Below, piece by piece: positions 26,051 to 38,620 of a stretch of 64,000 nt of DNA (position 1 is its first letter; the number at the start of each line of letters is the position of its first letter). The stretch spans positions 46,829 through 110,828 of the forward strand of contig NW_019217977.1 of assembly GCF_002571385.2 (NCBI RefSeq), read 5' to 3'. Under the pieces are notes generated by a model that was not told the DNA's origin, ran no database searches, and saw nothing but the letters and a program-made list of their open reading frames with translations. The stretch is from Stylophora pistillata. Its lineage: Eukaryota. Both the position numbers and the translations under genes were made by a program.

Positions 26051-28327
26051 CCGGATCAGTGGACTAAGCTCTCGATTACAGTCCCTTTTTGCGAGTTTAG
26101 TGGTTGATAACCACATGACTCATGGCAACTAAACCTTCCCAAAAGAAGGAGCTAGGAAGATGCTCGAAATCTAACGATCAGTCGCAGAGGAAAACAAAAC
26201 TAACCCGGAAGTCTTGCAAGTAAAACTCTTAACCATGCAGTACAAAGGTTCTTTTGCCTTGCGTGGTGCTAGAAATTGCGCACAAAAATGACAAGCTGGT
26301 CAAAGCAATGACAGATATGTCTACCTTCTCTGTTTACGGACCAAGTGATCAGAAAGTGAACTGAGAGAATGTCAGAAATTGATATTCGACTTTTGGTCCC
26401 AAATCCCAGCTCGGTTATTTATCAAATTGGCAGAGGCCCAAAGTAATTTTTTCTTCAAAAGAGAAGTCAAAAAAACCAAGTTCAGGCATTATAAAAGCAA
26501 CCCCTTTCTGAGATTTCTCCTTTTGCAATCACTCAGGAGACTCAGTGAGGCTGAGTGAATTTTAAAAATATAAGTTACAAGGAAAGTTGATTAACTAGAT
26601 AACTTAAAATAGAAAATGTTCGTATATCATGATAAGCTTTTATTTATTATTCATTCTCTTCTAAGTTAGGTAAAATTCAATCAACGTTATGCACGCGGTG
26701 ATAACTGAACTGAAAGAAAAAAAGAGGACAGTTTGTGTATCCGTGACGTAACAAAGTTCAACGTCTGTCTTTTCCGTCTCTTGTGTAAACAACCAGGAAC
26801 CAAACAGAAAGTCATTCAGGACCCAGGCAATATTTCTTTTTCGCGATAACCTGCGTGCATCTGTTTGGGAACCACGCGTTTTGGTTTCCACGATTTTAGT
26901 CAAGCGGTCAGATTACTAGGTTTTTTTCAAAATGGCGGCGTCCATTTCCTTTGCACTCACTCGAAGACAATTAGAAAACGGTGAGATGACTCACTGAAAT
27001 TTCAAAGAAAGCTCTACATAACTCCTCTTTATGAGGATTAATTTACGTTTTTTTCAACCTACCCCTCTATTAAAGCTCTGATCGCGCAAGAGGCACTATT
27101 TTCTGTACCTGTGGCATCTTGTTATGGAACCATCACGCTGTTTAGCGCTCGCAGTCAATTGGGTGTCGTAAAACCAAAAACGAAGCTGTCAAAAAAGCCA
27201 GCGATAGCGAGGAAAATATCACCAGGAACAAACTCGAAGTAAAAACAAACAACTGCTTGAAGCGCGGGAAAACGCGTGCGACCAAGCCGAGATTGGTTTC
27301 AGTTTTGAATCTGATTGGTTGAGAAAGTGGCGCAAGTTTTCTAGACCAATCACAGAGTGAAGAAATGTAAAACCCACGCAATTCCGGATTACCTTTGACA
27401 CCCACTTAAAAAATTGCTTTATGCAAACACGTGCTTTTTCCTTTTTCCTTTTTTTTAAGGTCCAATGCCTCTGAAGGACTTCTGAATATGTCTTTCTGGG
27501 ATTTTAACCGGGAAAATTCAACTGGATGTACCTTGTCGTGAACTTTTAATTGTAAACTTGATAAACGACGTAATCGGACATGAATACCAGACATTAACCG
27601 CGAGTTAAACACTTTATTCCCCCTCGTTCGCATTACCAGTAAAAAGAATAACAAATTTCCCTTAACAACTATGAAAAAAAAATGAATTCCAGAATTTTCC
27701 AGCAACTAGCATCTACCACTCTTAGACAGCACAAAGAAGACTTAGAAAGTACTGCAGGCTTCAAATTTATATATTTTTGTTGAGATACGTGCAGTATCAA
27801 CTAATAAACTTATCGCAAATTTACGCTAAAATGCTCCTTGAAATTTTCCCTCTACTAGAGAGCTGGGTTCCAAGCTCTCACTAATGCTTTTTGCACCTTC
27901 AGAACTAATACAGCCTGTTCATGCGTTCAGTAAGGAAAACGAAGCGTCATAGTAAACAACCCGATAGTGGTGAAGGAGTGAAAAGACGAGAGAGGTTTTG
28001 GTCGGTTCGCGTAATGAACGATCTAATCTCGTAGCCAGATCCTACCGTTTAACTGCGACTGAACTGCTTGGCCTTGAGAGGTCTGGGTACGAGAATATGG
28101 ACGACCCATACCTCCCTTGTTTTCACTCGGCCGTTACTATCGCGCCTTCTACCATTTCGTCCCGGTTCTTGAAGAGGCTAGAACTAATACTACATTGCCA
28201 CTAATACGACAAAGTCAAAGAGAAAATCCATTCTCGCACTTCTTTAATGCGTTACTCGAGCTTACTCAATACCACCATTGCACAATTAGACTAGGACGGC
28301 GTTCCTGTTGACTTTGCGTTTAAACAA

Positions 28328-31300
28328 TCACAGGGCTTCCACGATTGCCAAGAGGCACAGCACTACCAAACTCGTTCCCATAAAATTGCAACCAGAGCTA
28401 GGTTCCGGTTCTTGGCTTGTTATAAACTTTAGGATGGTAGTTGAACCGTACTGTGGTTTATATTGATCTATAAAGGGTTTGAAGAGTTCCTTTGTTGTCT
28501 TGTCGTAGATCATCCAGTACGAGTCAGTCTTCGAATCCTAAAATGAGATCCATGCAGAAAGAGAGCGTTGGAGAGGATAAGTCACGCAGACTTCAGCTTA
28601 TGTCAAGACTGATCGGGCTCGTATTAGAATCAGCTATGCAAAAATCTGACCAATAGGGTCGAGAGATGTCAATTTTAGCTCCAGGCCTCCTTGACAAGGG
28701 TTTAGTCGAGAGAGAGTGAGGGGGAGAGAGAGAGAAAGAGAGAGANNNNNNNNNNNGTGGGGTCAGGGTGGGGAAGGAGCTCGTTAGAAACATACATGGA
28801 AGAGAGGGGCTTGGTGGAGAGTTTAACGTTAATATTGAGCCCAGTCATGAAGGATTGTCATAAATATGGCAGCCTGCGCCAGGCTCTCACGGTCAGTGGA
28901 CACGAACAATGGTCTGGAGAGGGAAGATCAGCGGGATTTTAAGGAACCCTGCCTTTCCCTAGTCTTCCTCGTTCTCACAAAATGACTGCCTGGGCTGGGT
29001 TACGAGCATAGAACATCAAGATTCGAGCCTATCGGTTTCGGAATTCACTATGGGTTGCTCTGTATGAATTGTTCTACAGAGAAAACGTTGGTACACATGG
29101 CCGAATATGTTGTTCCTTTTACTAGGCGACGAGAAAATTGATTTAATTTTCAACTCTCGACGTCCAAAAAAGGATCAAATAGGCGAACTGATAGTTGTCA
29201 CATACCTCTTTATTACCATTCATGGAAGTTATAAAATGCCCCTGACCGCCATAATAGGTGGATGTATATTTATCAAAAGGACCCCGCCGATTTTGATCTG
29301 CAGCTTTGTTGATTATTTCTCGAAGAGAAGTGCCATTGGCGACTTTGGTGGAGTAGGAAGATGGGATTGACTTTTTAATCACGTCCGTATTCCAGTCCAT
29401 TCCAATGGTAACTGTGATTGCAGAGAGTGGTACCTAATTAATTGGAAAAAAAAATAGTTATATTACATCTGCTGTCCCCCCCTCCCAGTTCCCTCTTTCT
29501 GTCTGTCCTCTCTCTGAAAACAGGAATGACCATGATTCCTGTAAGGTAGTAAAATACCTTTTCCTAAGCGTGTCCCATATCTATATTTGCTAATTTTTAG
29601 CACCTCACATTTGGGAATTATTGGTAGTAAAAGGGATGTAGCGACGGCGAGGTTCCCGACAGGAAATGGTTCACACTTTTATCTGTCCGTGAAAGAAATG
29701 GATACGTTCAACATTAAATGAATACACTTGAACCTCGTTTAAAAGAATTAGACGAGAACCATTCTCGTCCCCAGAACCACTCGGCCTCACTTACCGTTAC
29801 AAATTTCTTCGAACACGTGACCGACAGAAACGAGGACTCTAGGGACGGGAATAAACGTGAGCGAGTTCACCACATGACGTCGAGGGCTCTGCTATCTTCA
29901 TGCAAAAGTATTGCGAAATAATAAAAATCGATTTTTAGACTGTTGATCCATAAAAAAAGAAGCCAAACAAACGAGTAAGTCAGCGACGGCAAACTAGCAT
30001 GCGACCAGGCCCTTAGTGCAGTACTTGCGTTTCTCCGCCCGCGGGAAGATTTGAGTCGATTCGGGAAGGTTTGCTGGAGAACTGGTACTAATCGGCACCC
30101 TCGTTCCCATGGCCTTTGCCTTACCCCCAAGTAAGGGAAAAGACCATTGGAACGAGGTTCACTAATTAGTGCTTAACCCCTGCAAACCTCTCGCGGGCTC
30201 GCATTTCTCAGGGTCTTATACTTTCCCGCGAAGAATCACTCACAGACTAAACCGCTGACTATGAGAGCCTGCTCAGTCTACAGCAAACTTGTATTCTTCT
30301 TTTTTTTTTCAGGATAGTTCACTGATAAGCTTTCCTTTACGCGCACTCGTGCAAATTTACTGGACTCGCGTTCAAAATAAGCAACCATGGCTAATGCACA
30401 GCTTACAAACCTGACTAGAGGTAGAGTGGCCACTACAATATCCATTTGCGCTTTTATTATTATTCGGGTAGGGGTCTGCCGTAAACCGGAATAGAATCGT
30501 GGAGCCGTTGTAGGGGACATAAGAGTCTCCTCCACAGGGAAAAGCCACCAAGCTGTCTCCATCAAATTTGGACCAGTAGGAACTTGTGCCTTGATTTTGT
30601 CCCGTTCCATTTATAGTAGTAATCAGATACCCCAGCCCGCCATAGTAGGTGTTCTTGTAATAGTTAAAGGGGCTCTGCTTATCTTCGCCTGCTGCTTTGT
30701 TCATGATGTCCTGTACAACAGTACCGTTGGGGACCTTTGTGGTGTAACTTGGTGGGATCGGTTTACCAAGAGCGGTGACATTCCAATCGAGCTTTAGGGT
30801 CACTGTAATCTGTAAGAAATGGGCCAATCTGAGGAAAGTGCTAGGCTTGGTTGTCAGTAAAAAAAAAAAAGCTGAGAAAGTTTTGAGAAGGATAAGATAA
30901 TAGGAACGTTGTTAAACGACAAAAAATGTATTTCTTCGTCCGGCATTATACTCTCGACACAGCAGTCCACACGCTCCATGCTCAAAGCTTCACGCGCGTT
31001 TCACGAAGGACACGCACAACTTATGCTTAAGGAAGTTGTCACGCATCAGTTTTTAAAACACAGTGAAAATACTTATTCTGATTTACCCACTTTTATTTCA
31101 AAGGAACCACGAAGCAAGAGACGAAGGCCTCGGCTTTTCATGAGGAAAAACAACAATAATAGAATTTAAAAGTATGGTATCCCTTTTAGTCCTTATGTAC
31201 TCGAGTAACCGCCCCTGATTATGCGACCTTCAAAGAGGAGGAAGGGTGGGACGACAAAAGAGCGGAAAGTGCGTTCGCAAAGAACTAGGGGAGAAGTTTT

Positions 31301-33038
31301 TAAGCGGCGAATCTTCAAAACGAAAAAGGTTACATAGTTCATTGGAAAGGTGTTAACTGCAGGATCATTTTAAAGTATGGAAGCCTTCCATAAGTTTCGC
31401 TGAATCAGCTTACCTCAGATGCAGCTTCCCTTCTTTCCCGTAAATGGGCTGCAATAACAAAAATGCATTTCATCGTTTTCTATTATATTCCTTTTTTTAA
31501 TCAAATTTCATTTTGACAACAAAGACACTGAAAAACTAAAAATTCATTTTACACGTCTGATATCACCATCTTTTAGTTCATGTCCTTTATCGAGTACTAT
31601 TTGTTTACAGACATGATTGTGTAACTTTTTTTTTTAACGCTTAAAAGCAGCGTCAAATACACTACACATCGGGTGCCGGGTCGCTGAGGAATTCGAGTGC
31701 GAATGTGTGAGAATTGTTTCGAAGACAAAATTCAGTCCACAGGAGCGAGGATATTCACGAAAATTATTCATTCTTACAACATGCCAAAAGAGGCAAGGCG
31801 TCATGTAGTGCGCGCGTAGTCTCCCTCGCAGCTGTTTTTTGGATGTCACGCAACGCTAAAAGGCTGCGAGGGAGACTAGTGCGCGCGTGACCTGGATAGA
31901 ATTATTTTCCGGTGCAGTGCAGCTGACATTAGTTACGTACCGACATCAGGTTAGCCCGATCTTATGAGCCTAGCATCTTGTAGGCTCTGATAGCGCGACT
32001 TAATTTGACCTCTGTACATATTTCGTCGCGGAAACTGTTCATATGAAAGGTTTCGGCCCGAAATCCAAGGAGGATGACCTTTGAGTTGTCATCCCGACAA
32101 CCGTGTGAAGTGTCTTCAAAAAATTCCGCCCTGTTCCGAACTGAGATCTCGCTTACAAACCGAGAACTTTATATCACCAGGTTGAGCCACCTTCTAAAAT
32201 AAACACACTAAATTTCTTCCAAACGGTAAGATCTCGAATACCGAGCCCGAAGCGTTACCTTGGGCCTTTTGTTTAATAGGCCCTCGGTTTCCGGCAAAAT
32301 AACTTTAAAAGTGATGCAACAGATAAATAATGAACTCTTAGAGAGAAGAAATTCGATTTGTTTAGTGACGATTCACTGAAGGGCTAGTAGCCAGCAGACG
32401 ACCGCACGCTCCTGTCAAAATAAATACGAAAGAGAGTTTTCAGTAACGCTCAGCGTGTAACTTGGCTAAACTTCAGAATACCCGGCCACTCATTTACATG
32501 TCATTGAATAAGAAGCATCTATTGTGTTATGCTTCATTCTTCAAAGCCTCCCGACACATGTAAATGTGTGGACGGGTATTCTGAAGTTGCTCCTGTAACT
32601 TTTAAAAAGCAAACAGGTATTTGGTGCTCGACGAGCATGTAAATTTCAGTGAAAACCCAAGCACGTGTTCGCGTTACCATCGAACCGAAACACGCGCGAA
32701 CGACTATGTGCAAAATTTGATCGGAAAAAATTCGTTAAAGAAAGAGGAAAGTACGTAAGGCATAGGAATAGAAAAATCGGAAAAGGGGAGAATAAATGAA
32801 AAACTTTGGTGTAGCTGAATAAGCGTTCGTCGTACACGCAAAGTGAACATGTGAAATATTACATAACTTGTGTATTCATCTCACCAGTAATTCAAGCTGG
32901 AGTCGAGTCAAACACGGTTAAACTATAACAACTTCTTTCACGCAAGCATAATAGCTCGAAAGCTCATTTACCTTGACTGGTGCTGGAAACTGCACAGAAT
33001 AAAAACAAACTAAAGGAGGCAATGATTGACGTCTTCAT
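28328..33038 (-). CDS. Gene C: signal peptide, two transcobalamin beta (DUF4430-like) domains and a GPI-like tail; 5 exons, fully phase-consistent
   Basis: Exons 32972-33038 (MKTSIIASFSLFLFCAVSSTSQ), 31414-31448, 30411-30809, 29206-29433 and 28328-28537, ending EPSSGCNFMGTSLVVLCLLAIVEAL*. Motif YYGGLGYLITTING...SYW...CGGDSYVPYNGSTILF. Confidence 0.88.
31817..31878. mobile_element. 62-bp mini-MITE with 16-bp TIRs and a 9-bp TSD
   Basis: TAGTCTCCCTCGCAGC...GCTGCGAGGGAGACTA, flanked by GTGCGCGCG at 31808-31816 and 31879-31887. Confidence 0.85.
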
Positions 33039-33203
33039 CTTCGGGGTTTCCAAAACAAGTTCACGCGAATGGATTTGAGGAATGTCTAATGATGCGCCCG
33101 CAATATTTTACATACAATTATTGGTCCCAGGGGTTTACCCAGGTCTGGGGTTTACCAATCAAATTTTAAGTACAAAGTTATAAGGATTGAGGAAAAGAAG
33201 TAA

Positions 33204-33428
33204 GGGGCTGACCATTTAACCTTTGAGGGGGGGTGGTGGGTGATTTTGAAAAAAAAATTTTCTGCAAGCGCTTGTTGGAAGAAAAAAATTGCATGCAGCC
33301 CAAATGTAAAAGAAAAAAAAGGAGAATTTAGAACGGAAAAAATATCCTGCCCAGCAGATTGCTAGAAAAAAAATTCCTTGATGACCAGAAATCACCCACC
33401 CCCCCTCAAAAGTTAAATGGTCGGTCCC
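33204..33428. mobile_element. MITE, PIF/Harbinger-like (TAA TSD); second copy at 55058-55271
   Basis: TIRs GGGGCTGACCATTTAAC...GTTAAATGGTCGGTCCC flanked by TAA on both sides. A closely similar body occurs at 55058-55271. Confidence 0.8.
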
Positions 33429-34730
33429 TAAAAATAGTAGCGAAAAAAAATTAACCAGGCTTAAGAACACAAAACAGCGACTTTTTTTGTGATCTCCGCC
33501 AAATTTGAGGTCTTATTGGAAATTTATTTTCTTTTGTTTTGTTTTAATTTTCCAAAGCGCGTTAGCGCATAAGAAATAAATTGATTGAAACTGCATGGTT
33601 AAATTTTTACCCGTGATTTTTGGAAAACAGAATGAAAGTAAACGATTTACTTTAAAAGACCATGCAGACTCACTTGATATACGCAATTTTCAGTGTTTTT
33701 CTATTTTTACGTGACATACTCAGCTTGCGTGCAGACAAGTTGAGGAATACCTGGAAAGGGGTTAGTTTCTGAATAAACTGTGTCACTGCATTGGCGGGGG
33801 TATTACAAGATAATTCGGTCTTATCAACGTAGCTAATAATTTTGCCACCGTAAAGACCTGCTTTTAGAAAAGCTGGCGTTTCGACCGTTGGTCCTTTGTC
33901 AGAGCGGTTGCCGAAGGGCAAACGCTCGAAACGTCAGCAATCAATGAAGGACGACGTCCCCTTTTGCCGTTGCACTGTCAATGTTATGTTTCGGCGGAGA
34001 AACAGCTTTCTGCGATTTACAGGTCTAAAACAGAGGAGGTCAAGGGTAGGAAATATCACAGCCTTAGCTCTTAACTAGCCTGTTGAAAACGTGAAAAATT
34101 AAGCAGTACCACGTTTGCTGGACTCCTCCGGCTGCTGGAGACAGTATTCAAGACAAGTCACAAATTTGATGTTAACGTGTTTAATAATCGCATGATTCAC
34201 AAGGTCTTCGCACAATCACGGTCAATCTAACTCTCTTGTTCAATAGATTCGAATGGTGGGCGGGCTCTTAATAATAAGCACGTGCTTCCGTTGTCACGGG
34301 TTACACAATTACGTAATATGTGCCCCAGTCCCCGACACCACGCTTCCTAATTAATCACGGTTTAATGGCTTGATTTTACGATTCCGAGTGTTGCAAAGCT
34401 TCGGTTAACAGCTTCTCGTTAATTCGAGTAAAAGGACATTAAAACGTTGCATAACAGACACGAAAACAACGTCATATATGGGAGAAAAACACGTTTCGCA
34501 TACATTTTGTTTGGTTAAGTAATAGACAAACGAAGTTACTTATAATGTCAATCAAATACAATTCACATATCCCGGCGTGGCCGGGATATGTGAATTTCAC
34601 TCAAGTTATTTTTAGAGTTACAATTAAACGAAAGTCTAATTCCTGGGACGTCCGCACATCCTAATTGAAGCGCGCCAGCCCTTGTTTTTATAAAAATATG
34701 CATTGTAATGGCGTGTAGTGAATATTCAAC

Positions 34731-35730
34731 ATGACCTAGTATTCGACCGCGATTTACAGGCGTCTGGATTTCGGCATAAATATACCGGTTGAGTCTATTG
34801 AAGGGCCTGGTGAGTGCGTTCCACAAAAAGAAGTTGCAGAAAGCGGTCCTACTTGTAAGCGCAAGATAAGCGAGGTTTTGTCTTCCGAAGAAGACTCTAA
34901 TTCTGTTTCCTTCGGCGGGAAAGCCGTGAGAAGAAGTACGCGTCTCGCGGTTAAAGCTTTAAAAGGTCTTCTTGAAAAGAAACAGAAGAAAGCCAAGGAA
35001 TTATCCCAAGAGCAGTATCTTCGGGAACTCAGGACCTCCAAAGAAGTGCAGATATTAAAAAAGCTGGAGGAAGAAGTCTATCAACTTGACGCTTCGCTGC
35101 ACTGTGAAATGGAAGCGATATCCGGCCATCACCAAAGTGCAGCTCTCAGCGTCTATCCTCGCAAGGAGAGGACCTNNNNNNNNNNNNNNNNNNNNNNNNN
35201 NNNNNNNNNNNNNNNNNNNNNNNNNNNNNNNNNNNNNNNNNNNNNNNNNNNNNNNNNNNNNNNNNNNNNNNNNNNNNNNNNNNNNNNNNNNNNNNNNNNN
35301 NNNNNNNNNNNNNNNNNNNNNNNNNNNNNNNNNNNNNNNNNNNNNNNNNNNNNNNNNNNNNNNNNNNNNNNNNNNNNNNNNNNNNNNNNNNNNNNNNNNN
35401 NNNNNNNNNNNNNNNNNNNNNNNNNNNNNNNNNNNNNNNNNNNNNNNNNNNNNNNNNNNNNNNNNNNNNNNTCATCGATAAATCTCACCTCCACGCGCGA
35501 CGCCATTTTTTTCTCACATCTTTTCTTGGATGACTCTTAACATCACCGATTAAAGTTTGCGGACCTCTCGGAAAACCAACTTCCGATAAATGCAAGGGTC
35601 TAAATAACTTTGGTGAAATTCACATATCCCAAGGGCCTGACTGGGCGTTTCCGTCTCTGTCCCATTTATGGCTCTTGATATATGAAGTTCATATATTTTG
35701 AACTGCCGTATTAGATACGTATGATGCACG
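34731..35730 (+). pseudogene. Decayed intronless ORF of unknown family between 75-bp direct repeats
   Basis: TATAAAA at about 34689. ATG ACC TAG at 34731 is in frame with about 145 open codons running into the gap, and stops and frameshifts follow the gap. Direct repeats at about 34473-34547 and 35834-35908. Confidence 0.45.
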
Positions 35731-36231
35731 ATCCTCGCAGTCTGCGAGGATTGTGCATCATACGTAATGTCAATCAAATAAAGAATAATCAACTTATCGC
35801 ACAGTTACATCAAGGCACGACTGAAAAACAAGCTCATATATGGGCGAAAAACACGTTTCGCATACATGTTGTTTGGTTATGTAATAGACAAACGAGGTCA
35901 TTTATGAATAGAGTTTCCAACACCAAGTTAAAGCAAAACCCATGCAGAAGCCCTCAAGAAATAAGAAAGAAACTTTACAAGGCTTAACACCTATACTTAT
36001 TGTCAACTCTTCAAGTTTCCTTGCTATTGCGTTTCGTTTTGATACTGTTAAATTGACTGGGTAATATTCAAATCACTAGCCGGCTAAATAGACGCCATCC
36101 TTAAAATTTTTTTTGGCTAACGAGGCATAGAAATAGCAATTGTAAGAAGCAAAAATATAACACCTGCTGAGAATGTTTCTCAATTCCTCTTCCAAATAAA
36201 TGGCGGTGCTTTGAATTTAGACATCTGCAGT

Positions 36232-37022
36232 CTAGATTGGAAGCTATTCGAACTCAAACAAAGCATCATCGACTGCGTCGAAGTACCTTAAAGAAGGATA
36301 ACTTTGAAGTATCAAAAATGGGGGACGATTGACAAGAAATTCAAACTCTCTCTTCAAATGACCTTCCATTTTGCCGCCGTGATCGCCAAATGAGAGAATG
36401 ATTTTTCCAAGTTGATTCGCTTACAACAGTTCTGCGTGGCAGAAGCGGCTCTGAAAGTATTCCTCAGTGAGCCAGACTAGTAGACAATGGTTTTTTTCGA
36501 CAGCTATTTTCAATTCTCCCCACAAATTAGCGCCAAACGGCATGTTATCTTCGTCAAGCCATGTTTTGTAATCAAGAAATTTGAGCCCGTTGCAGAAACT
36601 TTTCATTAGTTTCTTGTCTTTCGATTTGTGGAATTGGGGGCTGAATTTAGTGTATTTGATCTTTCTGATCACCAAAGGCACGACGTTTCTTCAAGGTAGT
36701 TGCGAAGCCTCTCACCGTTTTCGAGCTTGGGCCAATTTACCAGCTCATCTTCCATGTCAAAGGATTCTATTTCTTTATCACTCTTTATTCCCAGGTAGGA
36801 ACACCTGACAATTTCCATCTTCGAGGTGGCGCTTCCAATCTACTTTATGCCAACCTGTATTCCCTTTTCGAGAGCCAAGTCAAAAGTAAACTTAAGCGAT
36901 CCGGATCCAGTTTCCTCGTTAAACCCCTCAACCTTCCTGAATTCGATATTAAAGTGGTTCAGGTCTGACGTAATGCTTCCGGTTTGTACTTCAGAGAGAT
37001 CGGTATTATTTGCCATTCCCAT
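36232..37022 (-). pseudogene. TIR-domain gene copy 1, a pseudogene with frameshifts, stops and small deletions
   Basis: Colinear with 39797-40621: FTFDLALEKGIQV, HKSKDK, WLDEDNMP, YFQSRFCHAELL*. The homologous final TAG is at 36232-36234. Confidence 0.9.
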
Positions 37023-37769
37023 TGCCAAAAAATACTTTAAACGCAGTGATGAAAGTGCAAATGTAAATCGCAGGTCACAGAAGTCTGGCGATCGCGGTTC
37101 CGAACCAAAGCGAAAGTAGATGAATTATGCAAAACCTACATGGCTCCTGAACAAAGGGAAGAAAGAGAGGAGACTGGTAACTGGAAATGGCGAGATGGGC
37201 AAGGGGAAGGTACACGAAGCGCACAGTGTCATTGAACCAAATGCTATAATAAACAAATTCTTTGTTTTTCCGATATTGAGAAATTACACAACAAAATGAC
37301 TTTCATAGTGACCTACTTTTGAAATAGTGCAGCAGAGGAAGAAAATTCATGTTCCGCCATAAGCTCGATCGAGACCATCGAAGCTGTTTCTTCGAGTTTG
37401 ATTTTAAGGTAAAATATGTAAAAAAAAATTACACTCCTCTAAGCGGAGGTGTAGACCTCGTGCGCTGTCCTATCTTTTTATAGAAGTATAGGCTGTCGCG
37501 AGGTCATTTCAGTAAAAAAAAAGAGAGGCTTGATAAATAAACTGCAATTGTTATGATAAATTTTTCGGGTGATTCTAGAAATTTTTATAGCGCAGCATAT
37601 GCAGGGATCGAGTCTTTGATGAAGGCTGAAGTACCAGCGTGAATGAAACTGTCTTTTCGTTACACGGTTAAGACAAAGGTATACGGAGGTTTCGTCAACT
37701 GCCTGTACCCAGTCTAGACTTCTCAGTTATTGATGTCTGGACTCATATTAATAGAGATTTATTTTCACG

Positions 37770-37970
37770 TTAGTGGCGTTCTGGGAATCTAGCTCCCCCT
37801 ATACCAACGCAAAGGTGTTAGTGGCTATCTTATAATCTCGTATTATACCGACGCAGACGTGGTTGTTTGGTCATTGTGCTAGTGGCTATCGGAGAATCTC
37901 CCATAATTCCGACGCAAATGAAGCCGTTAAGTCCTTGTGCTAGTGGCTATCCTAGAATTTCCCTTCGCTG
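37770..37970. repeat. Degenerate minisatellite of about 59 bp upstream of TIR copy 1
   Basis: Three to four units of (GT/GC)TAGTGGCTATC...GAATCTC...CCGACGCA, the same family as 41511-41840. Confidence 0.75.
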
Positions 37971-38620
37971 CACCGAAGCTGGAGTATTCATGGGGCAAGT
38001 GATCACTTTCATTCCTCTAGTTCAACTGTATGTTATTCAATATTATTATATGGCTGTGTCTCACAAGGATTGGGAACTACTGAATTCACGAATTTCATTG
38101 GCTGAAATCAATATTGAAAGCGGTCTAGATTTTCCCATCTAGACCGGCATCTAGACCGGTCTAGAAAAAGAAGGTACAAAGAATATAAAAAAAATTGGCA
38201 TATAAGACAGCCATATAATAAACATCTTATTAACCGAGCTAGGTCGGTCTGTATGGGAGAATCTTGACCTCGGTCGCTGGTACAGACTTCACTGCGTTCG
38301 GTCTCTACTGGCGACCNNNNNNNNNNNNNNNNNNNNNNNNNNNNNNNNNNNNNNNNNNNNNNNNNNNNNNNNNNNNNNNNNNNNNNNNNNNNNNNNNNNN
38401 NNNNNNNNNNNNNNNNNNNNNNNNNNNNNNNNNNNNNNNNNNNNNNNNNNNNNNNNNNNNNNNNNNNNNNNNNNNNNNNNNNNNNNNNNNNNNNNNNNNN
38501 NNNNNNNNNNNNNNNNNNNNNNNNNNNNNNNNNNNNNNNNNNNNNNNNNNNNNNNNNNNNNNNNNNNNNNNNNNNNNNNNNNNNNNNNNNNNNNNNNNNN
38601 NNNNNNNNNNNNNNNNNNNN

